Below are positions 8,035 to 21,066 of a DNA stretch of 37,480 bases, in pieces. The notes beneath the pieces were generated by a model. It did no database searches. It worked only from the letters and a program-made list of their open reading frames with translations, and was not told the origin of the DNA. The stretch comes from an uncultured Burkholderiales bacterium. Lineage in GTDB: Bacteria > Pseudomonadota > Gammaproteobacteria > Burkholderiales > SG8-41. Numbering within the stretch: the first letter of the stretch is position 1; each line of letters starts with the position of its first letter. The DNA is taken from positions 1-37,480 of the forward strand of contig CAWUUY010000369.1 in assembly GCA_963924885.1 (NCBI GenBank). Reading direction: 5' to 3'. A program made the position numbers and the translations under genes.

Positions 8035-9549
8035 TTATCTCATAGCCACTGTGTAACGGTTCGTCATATAGAATGCAAGCGCTTGTTTTTGCGTGGCATT
8101 GATATGCAGCCCGGCCTTGGTACGGCGCCACAGAATGTCATCTGCGGTGCGCGCCCATTCATGCCGCACGAAGTAATCGACTTCGCGCGCATACAGTGTG
8201 CCGCCGAAGTCCTCGCCCAGATCCGCAATGTTTTTTGCGTCGGTCAGCACGTCGCGGGCAGCCGCGCCATGCCTGCGCGCGAGGGTTTGCAACAGCGTGC
8301 CGGGCAGCGCGGGGTAATCCCGTTGCAACATCTGCATGAAGGCTTCGAGCGTTGCAACACCCAATTCGCCGCCGGGCAACAGGGCTTGCTCGGTCCAGGG
8401 GGCTTTCATTCGGGGAAACCAGTCGGCGAGTTTTTCGAGTGCATGCTCGGCGAGCCTGCGGTAGGTCGTGATTTTTCCGCCGAAGACGGAAAGGACGGGC
8501 GCGGTGTCGGCATCACCGTCCACTCGCAAGGTGTAGTCGCGAGTGATTTTGGATACGTTTTTTGCGCCGTCGTCGAACAGCGGGCGGATGCCGCAGTAGC
8601 TCCACACGACATCGGCGGCTGTGGTTGCGCGCGAAAAATATCGATTCGTGGCGCGGCACAGGTAGTCAATTTCTTCAGCGCTGGCCATACAGGCTTCGGG
8701 GTCGCCGGTATGTTCAACATCGGTGGTGCCAATGATCGTATAGCGGCCTTCATACGGATACACAAAAACCACGCGCCGGTCGTCGTTTTGCAGAATGAAA
8801 GCGTGTTCCCCTTCGTAAAGACGCGGGACGACGATGTGACTACCCTTGACCAGCTTGAGTCCAAAGGGTGTCGCTAAGTGTATGTTTTTATCGATAAATT
8901 GTTTTGCCCATGGGCCTGTGACATTGGCCAGCGCGCGCGCGTTGAATTCGATGGGGGCGGCATTTTCCGGCTGCAAGATCACGCGCCACAGCGCGCCGTC
9001 GCGGCGTGCGGATACGAAGGGGGTGCGCGTCAATATCGTCGCGCCGAGAGCAACGGCGGCGCGCGCGTTGGCGATCACCAGCCGCGCATCGTCCACCCAG
9101 CAGTCGGAATAGATAAATCCTTTGGTCAAACCGGGCTTGAGGCCGTGGTTAAACGGCGCGGCGCCGAGATCCAGCCCGTGCGAGCCGGGCAGGGTGTCGC
9201 GGCGCGCGAGGTAGTCATATAGAAACAATCCCGCGCGGATCATCCACGCCGGTCGCAGTGCCGGCACGTGCGGCATGACAAAGCGCATCGGATGCACGAT
9301 ATGCGGCGCGGCGCGCAGCAGTATCTCGCGCTCGGCGAGCGATTCTCGCACCAGACGAAATTCATACTGTTCGAGATAACGCAGGCCGCCATGCACCAGC
9401 TTGCTGCTGGCCGACGAGGTGTGTTGCGCGAGATCGTGTTGTTCGGCGAGCAACACTTTCAATCCGCGTCCAGCGGCGTCGCGCGCGATACCCGCGCCGT
9501 TGATGCCGCCGCCGACGACTAACAGATCTACCTTGGGTAGACTTTCCAT
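8035..9549 (-). CDS. glpD: FAD-dependent glycerol-3-phosphate dehydrogenase
   Basis: 504 aa. It has the FAD-binding motif [22 protein letters not shown], followed by [23 protein letters not shown], which is typical of GlpD. Confidence 0.9.
   Translation of the reverse strand: MESLPKVDLLVVGGGINGAGIARDAAGRGLKVLLAEQHDLAQHTSSASSKLVHGGLRYLEQYEFRLVRESLAEREILLRAAPHIVHPMRFVMPHVPALRPAWMIRAGLFLYDYLARRDTLPGSHGLDLGAAPFNHGLKPGLTKGFIYSDCWVDDARLVIANARAAVALGATILTRTPFVSARRDGALWRVILQPENAAPIEFNARALANVTGPWAKQFIDKNIHLATPFGLKLVKGSHIVVPRLYEGEHAFILQNDDRRVVFVYPYEGRYTIIGTTDVEHTGDPEACMASAEEIDYLCRATNRYFSRATTAADVVWSYCGIRPLFDDGAKNVSKITRDYTLRVDGDADTAPVLSVFGGKITTYRRLAEHALEKLADWFPRMKAPWTEQALLPGGELGVATLEAFMQMLQRDYPALPGTLLQTLARRHGAAARDVLTDAKNIADLGEDFGGTLYAREVDYFVRHEWARTADDILWRRTKAGLHINATQKQALAFYMTNRYTVAMR
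8874..8901 (-). repeat. AT-rich 28-nt element, copy I (inside the glpD CDS, sense)
   Basis: The minus strand reads CAATTTATCGATAAAAACATACACTTAG, matching copy A at 21/28. Confidence 0.7.
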
Positions 9550-9583
9550 GAGCGATAGTATGGCGCGGGATTTTCACGCACGC

Positions 9584-9613
9584 AAAAGAAAAGGGGCGGT
9601 TTCTGGCCGCCCC
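9584..9613 (-). terminator. rho-independent terminator after atpC
   Basis: On the minus strand, GGGGCGG-ccagaaa-CCGCCCC (9613-9593) is followed by UUUUCUUUU (9592-9584), 24 nt after the atpC stop. Confidence 0.7.
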
Positions 9614-9636
9614 CTGTTTCGCGTCTTACCGAAAGG

Positions 9637-10068
9637 TTAGCGTTTCTTGCGCAGTTTCTGGATGGCGGCAAGCTGGGCCGCCAGCATGGCGAATTCGGCT
9701 TCGACCGTGGCGATTTCCTGCTTGCTTTGCGCGGTTTTGCGCGCTTCTTCGGCTTGCTTCAAGGCCTCGGTGGCTTTGGCCTCGTCCAGGTCTTTGCCGC
9801 GAATCGCGGTATCGGCAAGCACGGTCACCAGCTTGGGCTGCACTTCCAGCACCCCGCCGGCGACAAACACAAACTCTTCCTCGGCCTGGCCCGGTACCTT
9901 GATACGCACCGCGCCGGCCTTGATGCGCGTGATCAGCGGCGTGTGGCGCGGATAAATGCCGAGCTCGCCCGCTTCGCCGGGCAACACGACGAACTCCGCC
10001 TCGCCAGAGTAAATTTGCTCTTCGGCGCTGACGACGTCTACGTGCAGGGTGTGTACAGCTTCGGCCAT
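9637..10068 (-). CDS. atpC: F0F1 ATP synthase subunit epsilon
   Basis: 143 aa. It is last in the canonical atp gene order and has an epsilon-type N-terminal beta-sandwich and C-terminal helices. Confidence 0.93.
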   Translation of the reverse strand: MAEAVHTLHVDVVSAEEQIYSGEAEFVVLPGEAGELGIYPRHTPLITRIKAGAVRIKVPGQAEEEFVFVAGGVLEVQPKLVTVLADTAIRGKDLDEAKATEALKQAEEARKTAQSKQEIATVEAEFAMLAAQLAAIQKLRKKR

Positions 10069-10112
10069 GATTTATTTTGTTTTGTTTCGTTGTCCAACAC
10101 TTGGTTCTTCGC

Positions 10113-11543
<1,431 letters not shown>

Positions 11544-11552
11544 CTATTTCGA

Positions 11553-12416
11553 CTAGACCGCTGCCGCGCCGGCAACGATTTCGGACAATTCCTTGGTAAT
11601 ACTCGCCTGCCGCGTTTTGTTGTAGATCAGCGTCAGTTCGTCAATCACCGTCGCGGCGTTGTCGGAGGCGGCCTTCATCGCCACCATGCGCGCCGACTGC
11701 TCTGACGCCATGTTCTCGGCCACCGCCTGAAAAATCAGTGCTTCGATGTAGCGTGTGAGCACTTGCTCCAGCACCACTTTCGCATCGGGTTCGTATATGT
11801 AGTCCCACGTGCCTTCCGGTGCGCCTAGCGCTTCGCCGGAGAGCGGCAGTAATTGCTCCATCGTCGGCTCTTGCTTCATGGTGTTGATGAAGCGGGTATT
11901 GAAGATCATCACGCGGTCGAAGCGATCGGCGATGTAGCCGTCGAGCATGATTTTAACCGCGCCGATCAGCTTGTCCATCTGCGGCCGGTCACCCATGCCT
12001 GTGACCTGCGACACGATGTTCGCGCCCAAGCGCTGCATAAAACCCAAGCCCTTGTTGCCGAGGGTGCAAACTTCGATTTCTTCGCCCTGCGACTCCCATT
12101 CCTTCATCTTGTTCATCGCCAGACGCAGGATGTTGGTGTTCAAGCCGCCGCACAAGCCTTTGTCGGTGGTGATGACAATGATGCCGATACGCGGCACCGA
12201 ATCACGATCCACCAGAAACGGATGCCGGTATTCCGGGTTCGCGTGGCTGATGTGCGCGGCGACGTTACGGATTTTCTCCGCGTACGGGCGCGCAAGTCGC
12301 ATGCGCTCCTGCGCCTTGCGCATCTTGGAGGCCGCGACCATTTCCATAGCCTTGGTGATCTTGCGCGTGTTTTGCACGCTCTTGATCTTGGTGCGAATTT
12401 CCTTGGAGCCTGGCAT
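11553..12416 (-). CDS. atpG: F0F1 ATP synthase subunit gamma
   Basis: 287 aa with the N-terminal [30 protein letters not shown] and the C-terminal [15 protein letters not shown]. Confidence 0.97.
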   Translation of the reverse strand: MPGSKEIRTKIKSVQNTRKITKAMEMVAASKMRKAQERMRLARPYAEKIRNVAAHISHANPEYRHPFLVDRDSVPRIGIIVITTDKGLCGGLNTNILRLAMNKMKEWESQGEEIEVCTLGNKGLGFMQRLGANIVSQVTGMGDRPQMDKLIGAVKIMLDGYIADRFDRVMIFNTRFINTMKQEPTMEQLLPLSGEALGAPEGTWDYIYEPDAKVVLEQVLTRYIEALIFQAVAENMASEQSARMVAMKAASDNAATVIDELTLIYNKTRQASITKELSEIVAGAAAV

Positions 12417-12419
12417 TAT

Positions 12420-12447
12420 CTAAGTATTTGTTTTTAAACAGTATTTA
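12420..12447 (-). repeat. AT-rich 28-nt element, copy D (atpA-atpG intercistronic)
   Basis: The minus strand reads TAAATACTGTTTAAAAACAAATACTTAG. Both flanks are identical to copy B (ATAAATAC, AAAAACAAATA, TTA), and the centre is 1 nt longer. Confidence 0.75.
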
Positions 12448-12455
12448 TACGAGAA

Positions 12456-13997
12456 CTAGTACGCGCCGTTGGCCTTCCAGTCCTTGACCGCTTCGTTCAG
12501 CTTGGCTTCGTCGTCCTTGGTCAGATCCTTGGTGTCTTCAATGCGCTGCACCAGTTCACCGAACTTGCTCTTGATGTAGTCGCGCATCGAACGCTCGGCG
12601 GCCAGCGCCTTTTTCACGTCGATATCGTCGAAGTAGCCGCCGCTCACCGCGAACAGCGTGAGCGACATTTCCCACACTTGCAGCGGTTCGTACTGCGGCT
12701 GCTTCATCAATTCAGTCACCATGCGACCACGCTCCAACTGCTTGCGCGTGGTTTCGTCGAGGTCGGAGGCGAACTGCGCAAACGCCGCCAACTCGCGATA
12801 CTGCGCCAGCGCCAGACGCACGCCGCCGCCGAGTTTCTTTACGATTTTAGTCTGTGCCGCGCCGCCGACGCGCGACACCGAAATACCTGCGTTAATCGCG
12901 GGACGAATACCAGCATTGAACAAGTCGGTTTCCAGAAAGATCTGGCCGTCGGTAATCGAAATCACGTTGGTCGGCACGAAGGCGGTTACGTCGCCGGCCT
13001 GGGTTTCGATCACCGGCAACGCGGTCAGAGAACCGGTTTTGCCTTTGACCGCGCCCTTGGTGAATTTCTCGACGTATTCTTCGTTCACGCGCGCGGCACG
13101 CTCGAGCAGACGCGAGTGCAAATAAAACACGTCGCCGGGATAGGCTTCGCGGCCCGGCGGACGACGCAGCAGCAGCGACACTTGACGATAGGCCCAGGCT
13201 TGCTTGGTCAAATCATCATAAATAATCAATGCGTCCTGACCGCGGTCACGGAAGTATTCGCCCATAGTGCAGCCGGAGTAGGGCGCGATGAACTGCATCG
13301 CGGCGGACTCGGACGCCGTGGCGGCAACCACGATGGTGTAGGCCATCGCGCCGTGTTCTTCGAGCTTGCGAATCACGTTTTTGATCGACGAGGCTTTCTG
13401 GCCGATCGCAACATAAATGCAAATCAGGTCTTTGCCCTTTTGATTGATAATGGCGTCAATCGCCACTGCGGTCTTCCCGGTCTGACGATCGCCAATAATC
13501 AACTCGCGCTGACCGCGGCCCACCGGCACCATCGCATCAATCGACTTCAAGCCAGTTTGCACCGGCTGCGACACGGATTTGCGCTCGATCACGCCCGGCG
13601 CGACTTTTTCGATCACATCGGTCATCTTGGCATTGACCGGGCCTTTGCCGTCAATCGGCTGACCCAGCGAATTCACCACGCGACCGATCAGCTCCGGCCC
13701 GACCGGCACTTCAAGAATGCGGCCCGTGGTCTTGACGGTGTCGCCTTCGGAAATGTGTTCGTATTCACCCAGAATCACCGAGCCGACGGAGTCGCGCTCA
13801 AGGTTCAGCGCGAGGCCGAAGGTGTTTTTCGGGAACTCCAGCATCTCGCCCTGCATCACGTCCGCCAGGCCATGAATGCGGCAGATCCCGTCGGTCACCG
13901 AGATCACGGTACCCTGGGTGCGCGATTCGGTGGTGCCGGCAAGGTTCTGGATGCGGCTCTTGATGAGTTCGCTGATTTCGGATGGGTTGAGTTGCAT
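12456..13997 (-). CDS. atpA: F0F1 ATP synthase subunit alpha
   Basis: 513 aa with Walker [10 protein letters not shown]. It is highly conserved across the full length. Confidence 0.98.
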   Translation of the reverse strand: MQLNPSEISELIKSRIQNLAGTTESRTQGTVISVTDGICRIHGLADVMQGEMLEFPKNTFGLALNLERDSVGSVILGEYEHISEGDTVKTTGRILEVPVGPELIGRVVNSLGQPIDGKGPVNAKMTDVIEKVAPGVIERKSVSQPVQTGLKSIDAMVPVGRGQRELIIGDRQTGKTAVAIDAIINQKGKDLICIYVAIGQKASSIKNVIRKLEEHGAMAYTIVVAATASESAAMQFIAPYSGCTMGEYFRDRGQDALIIYDDLTKQAWAYRQVSLLLRRPPGREAYPGDVFYLHSRLLERAARVNEEYVEKFTKGAVKGKTGSLTALPVIETQAGDVTAFVPTNVISITDGQIFLETDLFNAGIRPAINAGISVSRVGGAAQTKIVKKLGGGVRLALAQYRELAAFAQFASDLDETTRKQLERGRMVTELMKQPQYEPLQVWEMSLTLFAVSGGYFDDIDVKKALAAERSMRDYIKSKFGELVQRIEDTKDLTKDDEAKLNEAVKDWKANGAY

Positions 13998-14018
13998 GGT
14001 AATTGCTCCTGATACTAC

Positions 14019-14555
14019 TTAATGAGTCAGTGCGGCGGCCATGGCGTCCAGCTTGCCACGCACGGTTGCATCAATAACTTTGTCGCCAATCACGATTTTC
14101 ACGCCGCCAATCAGCGACGCGTCGGTTTCGACTTGCGCGGTGACCTTGCGCCGGTATTTGGCCTCGAGTTGGGCGACGAGTTGCTTCACTTGATCGTCGT
14201 TCATTTTCATCGCGGAAACAATTTTGGCTTCCAGCACGCCTTCTTTGTCGCGTTTGAGCGCCTCGTAGTGCGCGCGGATCAGCGGCATCAGATCCAGCCG
14301 GTTGTTCTGCGCCAGCACTTGCACGAAGTTACGCGCGTCGCCGGAGAGCTTGTCGCCGACGACGCCCAGCACCAGGCCTTCGAGTTGCTGCGCGCTGACC
14401 TTGGGATCGCTGATGCAGGCCTGCACGCGCGCGTCCGCCACCACGCCGTCGATATTGGCGAGCGCGTCGGACCAGTTGACGAGCGCATTGCCCTCGCTGG
14501 CGAGCTTGAACACGGCTTCAGCGTAGGGGCGGGCGACGGTGACGGGTTCAGCCAT
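14019..14555 (-). CDS. atpH: F0F1 ATP synthase subunit delta
   Basis: 178 aa. Its N-terminal VARPYAEAVF is typical of the delta/OSCP family, and its operon position fits. Confidence 0.93.
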   Translation of the reverse strand: MAEPVTVARPYAEAVFKLASEGNALVNWSDALANIDGVVADARVQACISDPKVSAQQLEGLVLGVVGDKLSGDARNFVQVLAQNNRLDLMPLIRAHYEALKRDKEGVLEAKIVSAMKMNDDQVKQLVAQLEAKYRRKVTAQVETDASLIGGVKIVIGDKVIDATVRGKLDAMAAALTH

Positions 14556-14581
14556 ATTTTTTTCGCGTTACCGTTGCCGAC

Positions 14582-15052
14582 TTAAAGCTGCTTCTGCACG
14601 TCGGACAAAATGTCCGCATGCGCCTTGGCGTCGACTTCGCGCTTGAGGATTTTTTCCGCACCCGCAACCGCCAGTGTGGCGACTTGCGTGCGCAGCGTTT
14701 CCTTGGCGCGCGAGACTTCCTGCTCGATCTCGGACTTGGCGGCGGCTTTTTCACGATCACCTTCGGCCTTGGCCGAGAGTTTCGCTTCTTCGATCATCTG
14801 GCTAACGCGCTTTTCAGCCTGCCCGACGATTTCAGTCGCGCGGGCGCGTGCCTGCGCGATGGCCTCGTCCGCCTGTTTGGAAGCGCTGTCGAGCGACTTC
14901 TTGCCTTCTTCAGCGGCGGCCAAACCATCGGCGATTTGCTTCTGGCGCGCTTCGATGGCCTTGATCATGGGCGGCCACACGAACTTCGCACAGAAAAATA
15001 CAAAGACGAAGAACGTGACCGCCTGAGCGACCAGCGTGACGTTTAGGTTCAT
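14582..15052 (-). CDS. atpF: F0F1 ATP synthase subunit b
   Basis: 156 aa with a single N-terminal TM helix followed by a long charged, Ala-rich coiled coil. Its operon position fits. Confidence 0.93.
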   Translation of the reverse strand: MNLNVTLVAQAVTFFVFVFFCAKFVWPPMIKAIEARQKQIADGLAAAEEGKKSLDSASKQADEAIAQARARATEIVGQAEKRVSQMIEEAKLSAKAEGDREKAAAKSEIEQEVSRAKETLRTQVATLAVAGAEKILKREVDAKAHADILSDVQKQL

Positions 15053-15096
15053 AGGCTTCCCCTGCGGGAATGGTTGTTACGTAGAGAGAGCGGAAA

Positions 15097-15412
<316 letters not shown>

Positions 15413-15438
15413 GATTTTGTGGACTGCTGTAGATCCGC

Positions 15439-16248
15439 TTAATGACTCTCGTGTGCCATCGCCATGTACACAATGGTCAGCATCATGAATATGTAGGCTT
15501 GCAGCGCCACGATCAGAATGTGAAAAATAGCCCAGCCCAGCGCCAGCACGCCGCCGGCCACGGAGCCGACCAAGCCGGTCGCGGCCCACATCCACAGCAG
15601 CATAAAAATGATTTCGCCCGCGTAGATGTTGCCGTAAAGCCGCAGCGAGTGCGACAAGGGCTTGGAAATGTACTCGACGAGGTTGAACAGGAAATTCAGC
15701 GGCATCAACAAAATGTGGCTGCCGAAGGGCGTACAGAACAACTCGTGAGTCCAGCCGCCGATGCCCTTGATTTTGAGGTTGTAGAAAATCATCAAAACAA
15801 AGACCGACAGCGCCAGAGCGAAGGTGGTGTTCACATCCGAGGTCGGCACCGGTTTCCAGTACGCCTGGCCCAGTCCGTGTTCGGTCACCTTGGCGGCGAT
15901 ATCGACGGGAATAAAATCCATCGCGTTCATCAACAGCACCCACACGAACACCGTCAGCGCCAACGGCGCGACAAAAGCGCGGTTGCCGTGGAAAATGCCT
16001 TTGACCTGATCGTCGACAAAATCAAACAACATTTCGACAAATGCCTGACGCTTGTTCGGCACGCCGGCGGTTGCGCCGCGCACGACCCACCACAAAAACC
16101 CGAAACCCACGACGCCGAGCATTAGCGCGGTGGCGAAGGTATCCACATGCAGCGTCCAGAACGCATGTTCGCCGAACGAAACCGTGCGGTTGGTCAGGTG
16201 GTGACCGATGTAACTGGTCGGGGAGAGTTCTTGTCCTGCGGCGGCCAT
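15439..16248 (-). CDS. atpB: F0F1 ATP synthase subunit a
   Basis: It is a polytopic membrane protein with the conserved [13 protein letters not shown] motif. I placed the start at the ATG at 16248 (MAAAGQEL...). The track start at 16308 would overlap atpI by 29 nt. Confidence 0.92.
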   Translation of the reverse strand: MAAAGQELSPTSYIGHHLTNRTVSFGEHAFWTLHVDTFATALMLGVVGFGFLWWVVRGATAGVPNKRQAFVEMLFDFVDDQVKGIFHGNRAFVAPLALTVFVWVLLMNAMDFIPVDIAAKVTEHGLGQAYWKPVPTSDVNTTFALALSVFVLMIFYNLKIKGIGGWTHELFCTPFGSHILLMPLNFLFNLVEYISKPLSHSLRLYGNIYAGEIIFMLLWMWAATGLVGSVAGGVLALGWAIFHILIVALQAYIFMMLTIVYMAMAHESH

Positions 16249-16279
16249 CGTGCTGTCTCGCTGATTGGTTCGACTGCTT

Positions 16280-16663
16280 CTATTCTTCTTTAACCAGGAT
16301 CGCCGCACGGAAAACCAGCACCGAAACGACGAACGACAAAAACAAAACCGGGTGTATCACATCTTTATAGGATGTCAGCACCGTGCCAAGTAACACCACG
16401 ATCAGCAGGACTCTTACTGATTCCGCCCTGTAAAGCGTGCGCAGGGTTTGCCCTGCTGTTCTAATGCCGCGGCCCGAAACCAGCAGGGCGTAGGCCAAAT
16501 CCGCGATCTGGTTGGCTGCGCCGCCCAACACCGCGGATAGTGCGCCGTGCCATCCGCCCCAAAGGCCGGCGCCCAGCGCAATTACGACGGTGGCGACAAG
16601 CTGCCAGCGCAACACCGTGCGTATCGGCTTGCTGGTGATGCGCTTTAGCACTTGAAACCGCAC
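16280..16663 (-). CDS. atpI: ATP synthase protein I
   Basis: 127-aa small hydrophobic protein with a GTG start. It is the first gene of the atp operon, immediately downstream of a strong promoter. Confidence 0.8.
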   Translation of the reverse strand: MRFQVLKRITSKPIRTVLRWQLVATVVIALGAGLWGGWHGALSAVLGGAANQIADLAYALLVSGRGIRTAGQTLRTLYRAESVRVLLIVVLLGTVLTSYKDVIHPVLFLSFVVSVLVFRAAILVKEE

Positions 16664-16691
16664 TTGGATACGCGCCCCAGCAAACTCAATG

Positions 16692-16721
16692 ATTGTAATT
16701 GTTTTTGTGGCAACGGGTCAA
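16692..16721 (-). promoter_or_regulatory. sigma70-type promoter of the atp operon
   Basis: On the minus strand, TTGACC (16721-16716), an 18-nt spacer, then TACAAT (16697-16692), about 30 nt upstream of the atpI start. Confidence 0.6.
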
Positions 16722-16755
16722 CTTTGCTGCTCCGCAATGGTTACTCGCTGGCCAC

Positions 16756-17619
16756 TTAGCGCCTGAGCTTTTCGATCAAGGCGTCGAGCTGATCGAGGCT
16801 GCCGTATTCCACGATCAGCGCGCCGCGACCTTTACCCTTTTGCTTGATCTGCACGTGCGTGCCGAGCTTTTGCGCCAACTCTTCCTGCAAGCGCGCGACA
16901 TCGCGATCCACCGTGCGCGGTAAACGCGGCTTGGGACGGGACACCAGTTCGCCCACGCGTTTTTCCACGTCGCGCACGGTCAAACCCTTGGCGGCAATCT
17001 CGTTGGCCAACTCCACCTGGCGCAGCGCCGGCAGCGTGAGCAAGGCGCGGGCATGGCCCATATCCAGCTTGCCTTGCGCCAGCAGAACACGCACGGGCGG
17101 CGCCAACTCTAGCAAGCGCAACAAATTGGTAATCGCGGTGCGCGAGCGTCCCAGCGCATCCGCCGCCACCTGGTGGGTCATGCCAAATTCGTTGATCAGG
17201 CGTTGAATGCCGGCGGCCTGCTCCAATGGGTTTAGGTCTTCGCGCTGGATGTTTTCGATCAGCGCCACGGCGAGCGCCTGCGTGTCGGGTATATCGCGGA
17301 TTACCACCGGCACGGTTTGCAAACCCGCTATGCGCGAGGCGCGCCAGCGGCGCTCCCCCGCGATGATTTCGTATTGGCCGTCCGCCACGGGACGCACCAG
17401 GATCGGCTGTATCACGCCCTGCGTTTTGATCGATTCGGCGAGTTCTTTCAGCGCCTCCTGATCCATGTAGGTGCGCGGCTGATACTTGCCGGGTTGCAAT
17501 TGATCGACCGCCAGCTCACGCGGCGCGTCACTGGCCGTAGCCACCGGTTTTGCCGGGGCTGGTTCGTCACCACCAAGCAGCGCGTCGAGGCCGCGCCCCA
17601 ATCCTTTGAGTTTTGCCAT
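16756..17619 (-). CDS. parB: chromosome partitioning protein ParB
   Basis: 287 aa with the ParB-box motif IIAGERRWRA and an HTH region, located directly downstream of parA. Confidence 0.95.
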   Translation of the reverse strand: MAKLKGLGRGLDALLGGDEPAPAKPVATASDAPRELAVDQLQPGKYQPRTYMDQEALKELAESIKTQGVIQPILVRPVADGQYEIIAGERRWRASRIAGLQTVPVVIRDIPDTQALAVALIENIQREDLNPLEQAAGIQRLINEFGMTHQVAADALGRSRTAITNLLRLLELAPPVRVLLAQGKLDMGHARALLTLPALRQVELANEIAAKGLTVRDVEKRVGELVSRPKPRLPRTVDRDVARLQEELAQKLGTHVQIKQKGKGRGALIVEYGSLDQLDALIEKLRR

Positions 17620-17626
17620 GGTCTAT

Positions 17627-18415
17627 CTACGGTGCGGCGGCGGATTGCCGGTTAAGCATTTCACCGGCCAGCGCGATATAGGCCTGAGCGCCCTTGGAGG
17701 CGAGATCAAAATGCATGACCGGCAAGCCATGGCTAGGCGCTTCGGCAAGACGGATGTTGCGCGGGATAACCGTGCGATAGACCTTATCGCCGAAGTGATC
17801 GAGCAGTTGTTGCGACACCTGCTGTGCCAATGTATTGCGCGGGTCAAACATGGTGCGCAGCAGGCCTTCGATTTCCAGCGCCGGATTCAGGTGCGTGCGC
17901 ACTTTTTTAACCGTCTGCACCAAATCCGATAGGCCTTCGAGCGCGTAGTACTCGCACTGCATCGGGATCATCACCGCGTCCGCCGCGGTCAATCCGTTGA
18001 CGGTCAGCAGGTTCAGCGCGGGCGGGCAATCGATCAGCACAAAATCGTAATCGCTCACGTGCGGCGCCAGCGCGTCTTTCAAACGCGTTTCGCGATGCTC
18101 CATATCAACCATTTCGACTTCGGCGCCGGCCAGCTCGCGATTCGCGGGCACCACATCGTACTCGCCCCCTTTGTCGCTATTACCCGCGCGCACCCGCACG
18201 TCGGCAAGCATTTTTTCACCGAGCAGCACGTGATAAACCGTGGCAGTGAGCGTGCGTTTGTCTACGCCGCTGCCCATCGTTGCATTGCCTTGCGGATCGA
18301 GATCCACCAGCAACACCCGCTGCTTGGCCGCTGCCAGGCTGGCGGCAAGATTGACGCCGGTAGTGGTTTTTCCCACGCCGCCTTTTTGATTGGTGATTGC
18401 GAGTATGCGCGCCAT
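17627..18415 (-). CDS. parA: chromosome partitioning ATPase ParA (Soj)
   Basis: It has the deviant Walker A NQKGGVGKTT. I placed the start at MARILAIT (18415). The track start at 18436 adds 7 unlikely residues. Confidence 0.95.
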   Translation of the reverse strand: MARILAITNQKGGVGKTTTGVNLAASLAAAKQRVLLVDLDPQGNATMGSGVDKRTLTATVYHVLLGEKMLADVRVRAGNSDKGGEYDVVPANRELAGAEVEMVDMEHRETRLKDALAPHVSDYDFVLIDCPPALNLLTVNGLTAADAVMIPMQCEYYALEGLSDLVQTVKKVRTHLNPALEIEGLLRTMFDPRNTLAQQVSQQLLDHFGDKVYRTVIPRNIRLAEAPSHGLPVMHFDLASKGAQAYIALAGEMLNRQSAAAP

Positions 18416-18432
18416 ATATATAGGTAAGACCC

Positions 18433-19068
18433 TCAAGCCGCTTTCAAAAAAACCAGATGGCGCTCGGCATCCAGACCCGGCACCGCGAGTGGCGTCACGC
18501 CACAGAGTTTGAAGCCGCCATGAAGTTGCGCAATTTCCGCAATGGGGTGTACGCCCTTCATGGCCAGCAGGGCACCGCCGGGCGCGACCAAACGGCCCGC
18601 CATCTCCACAAACGCCGACAGGTCGGAAAACGCACGCGAAATGACTACACTAAATACTTGTTTTAATTGATATTTTTCTATTCGTTCACAGACCACCGTG
18701 GCATTGCTGAGCTGGAGTTCGATCACGGCTTGGTTCAAGAACGCTGCCTTTTTGTGATTGCTGTCGAGCAAGGTAACGTGTACATCAGGTAGTGCAAGCG
18801 CCAGCGGTATGCCGGGCAGCCCTGCGCCGCTGCCGACATCGAGGATGGTTTTCGTTCCGTCCATCGTTGACAGCAACGGCGTTACTACCGCCAGGCTATC
18901 GAGCAGATGATGCGTGAGCATCTTGTCGGTATCGCGCACCGCCGTGAGGTTGTAAACCTTGTTCCACTTTTGCACCAGCGCAAGGTAATCCAGCAGCTTT
19001 TGCTGGGCTTGCGACGGCAACGACAGATTCAGTCGCGCGAGACCATCGGTGAGGATGCGTGCGCTCAT
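18433..19068 (-). CDS. rsmG: 16S rRNA (guanine527-N7)-methyltransferase
   Basis: 211 aa with the SAM-binding motif [16 protein letters not shown] and ISRAF. Its start overlaps the mnmG stop (ATGA). Confidence 0.93.
   Translation of the reverse strand: MSARILTDGLARLNLSLPSQAQQKLLDYLALVQKWNKVYNLTAVRDTDKMLTHHLLDSLAVVTPLLSTMDGTKTILDVGSGAGLPGIPLALALPDVHVTLLDSNHKKAAFLNQAVIELQLSNATVVCERIEKYQLKQVFSVVISRAFSDLSAFVEMAGRLVAPGGALLAMKGVHPIAEIAQLHGGFKLCGVTPLAVPGLDAERHLVFLKAA
18650..18677 (-). repeat. AT-rich 28-nt element, copy K (inside the rsmG CDS, sense)
   Basis: The minus strand reads AAAAATATCAATTAAAACAAGTATTTAG, matching copy A at 23/28. The first 12 nt are identical. Confidence 0.8.
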
Positions 19069-20957
19069 GCGGTTTTACGCTGACCACTAAAACCGCGTTT
19101 GGCATAGACCATCAGCACGGAAATCGTCGCCGGCGTAATGCCGGAAATGCGCGCAGCCTGGCCGAGGGTTTCTGGTTGATGCTTGGCGAGTTTTTGTTGC
19201 GCTTCGATCGAGAGTCCGGAGATTTTGGCGTAATCGATATCTAGCGGCAGGCGTGTGTCTTCCTGCTGCGCGCTGCGTTCGATTTCTTCATGCTGACGCG
19301 CGATGTAGCCGTGGTATTTGGCCTGGATTTCTACTTGCTCGGCGACCTGTGCGTCGTCAACCCCAAGGCCCGCTCCCGGCAAGGTCATCAGCAAATCGTA
19401 GCTCACGTCCGGTCGGCGCAAGAGATCGAGCAAGGGATATTCGCGCTCCATCGCTTGCCCGAGCACGCGTTGCGCATCGGCCTCGCTGACCACGCGCGGA
19501 TTGACCCAGGTGGCTTTCAGCCGCTCTTGTTCGCGCGCGATGGCTTCGCGTTTTTTCTCAAACGCGGCCCAGCGCAGATCATCCACCGCGCCGAGCTGGC
19601 GGCCGATTTCCGTCAAGCGCAAATCGGCATTGTCTTCACGCAGCGAGAGCCGGTATTCGGCACGGCTGGTGAACATGCGATACGGCTCCGAAACACCGCG
19701 CGTTATCAAATCATCGACCAGCACGCCGAGATAGGCTTCGTTGCGCTTGGGACACCAGGCCTCGCGCCCTTTCACGTGCAGCGCGGCATTCAGTCCGGCG
19801 AGCAACCCTTGCGCGGCGGCTTCTTCATATCCCGTCGTTCCGTTGATTTGTCCCGCGAAGAACAAGCCGCCGATGGCTTTGGTTTCCAGCGAACTTTTCA
19901 GGCCGCGCGGATCGAAGTAATCGTATTCAATGGCGTAACCGGGCCGCGTGATATGCGCGTTTTCCAGGCCCTTGATCGAGCGCACCAAAGCCAGTTGCAC
20001 GTCATACGGCAGACTGGTGGAAATACCGTTGGGGTAGAACTCGTGCGTGGTCAGGCCCTCGGGCTCGAGAAAAATCTGGTGGGCATTTTTATCGGCGAAG
20101 CGCGTGATCTTGTCTTCAATCGACGGACAATAGCGCGGGCCGATGCCTTCGATCACGCCGGTAAATAACGGCGAACGATCCAGGCCGGCGCGGATAATGT
20201 CGTGCGTGCCTTCGTGTGTATGCGTGATCCAGCACGGCAGTTGCCGCGGGTGTTGCTTGCGCGACCCCATGAACGAAAACACCGGCACGGGATCATCGCC
20301 GGGCTGCTCGGTCATCACCGAAAAATCAATGCTGCGTCCATCGATGCGCGGCGGCGTACCTGTCTTGAGGCGTCCTACCGGCAGCTTCAATTCCCGCAAC
20401 CGTTGCGCGAGGGTCAATGCCGGCGGATCACCGGCGCGGCCCGCCTGATAATTTTCAAGTCCGACATGCACACGACCGGCAAGGAAAGTGCCCGCGGTCA
20501 AGACCACGGCCCGCGCCTTAAAACGCACGCCGATTTGCGTGATCACGCCGGCGACGCGATCCCCTTCCAGAATAAGATCATCCACCGCCTGCTGAAACAA
20601 GCGCAGGTTCGGATGGTTTTCGAGTCGTGTCCGTATTGCCTTGCGATACAACACGCGGTCGGCCTGCGCGCGCGTCGCGCGTACCGCCGGCCCCTTGCGC
20701 GAGTTGAGTATGCGAAACTGTATGCCGGCTTCGTCGGTGGCTGCCGCCATGGCGCCGCCGAGTGCATCGACTTCTTTGACCAGATGGCCCTTGCCGATGC
20801 CGCCGATGGACGGATTGCATGACATCTGGCCCAGCGTTTCGACGCTATGCGTGAGTAGTAGCGTGTTGCAGCCCAAGCGTGCGGCAGCCAGCGCGGCCTC
20901 GCTGCCGGCGTGCCCACCACCGATAACTATTAAATCATAAAAATCAGTGTGTTGCAT
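19065..20957 (-). CDS. mnmG: tRNA uridine-5-carboxymethylaminomethyl(34) synthesis enzyme MnmG (GidA)
   Basis: 630 aa with the FAD-binding motif [12 protein letters not shown]. It is conserved along the full length. Confidence 0.97.
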   Translation of the reverse strand: MQHTDFYDLIVIGGGHAGSEAALAAARLGCNTLLLTHSVETLGQMSCNPSIGGIGKGHLVKEVDALGGAMAAATDEAGIQFRILNSRKGPAVRATRAQADRVLYRKAIRTRLENHPNLRLFQQAVDDLILEGDRVAGVITQIGVRFKARAVVLTAGTFLAGRVHVGLENYQAGRAGDPPALTLAQRLRELKLPVGRLKTGTPPRIDGRSIDFSVMTEQPGDDPVPVFSFMGSRKQHPRQLPCWITHTHEGTHDIIRAGLDRSPLFTGVIEGIGPRYCPSIEDKITRFADKNAHQIFLEPEGLTTHEFYPNGISTSLPYDVQLALVRSIKGLENAHITRPGYAIEYDYFDPRGLKSSLETKAIGGLFFAGQINGTTGYEEAAAQGLLAGLNAALHVKGREAWCPKRNEAYLGVLVDDLITRGVSEPYRMFTSRAEYRLSLREDNADLRLTEIGRQLGAVDDLRWAAFEKKREAIAREQERLKATWVNPRVVSEADAQRVLGQAMEREYPLLDLLRRPDVSYDLLMTLPGAGLGVDDAQVAEQVEIQAKYHGYIARQHEEIERSAQQEDTRLPLDIDYAKISGLSIEAQQKLAKHQPETLGQAARISGITPATISVLMVYAKRGFSGQRKTA

Positions 20958-21028
20958 AAAATTATTGGTCGCCGCAGGGTAAGCATTATAACGGACTCCA
21001 AGCCCGTGCGATAGCCATCAGCAGCCGA

Positions 21029-21044
21029 TGTTTCACGTGAAACA
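21029..21044. other. parS centromere-like site 1
   Basis: TGTTTCACGTGAAACA is a perfect 16-bp palindrome that matches the canonical parS consensus tGTTNCACGTGAAACa. Confidence 0.85.
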
Positions 21045-21066
21045 TCGCGGCACCGCTTTACGTGAA

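Noticed and set aside
12678-14012. A 444-aa plus-strand ORF antisense to atpA. Similar shadows occur at 4781-5503, 5897-6640, 6600-7760, 7939-8877, 10401-11153, 11853-12437, 19290-20168, 21797-22486 and 23031-23924.
   Set aside because: All of these are antisense or out of frame relative to highly conserved housekeeping CDSs, and their composition is typical of GC-rich shadow ORFs.
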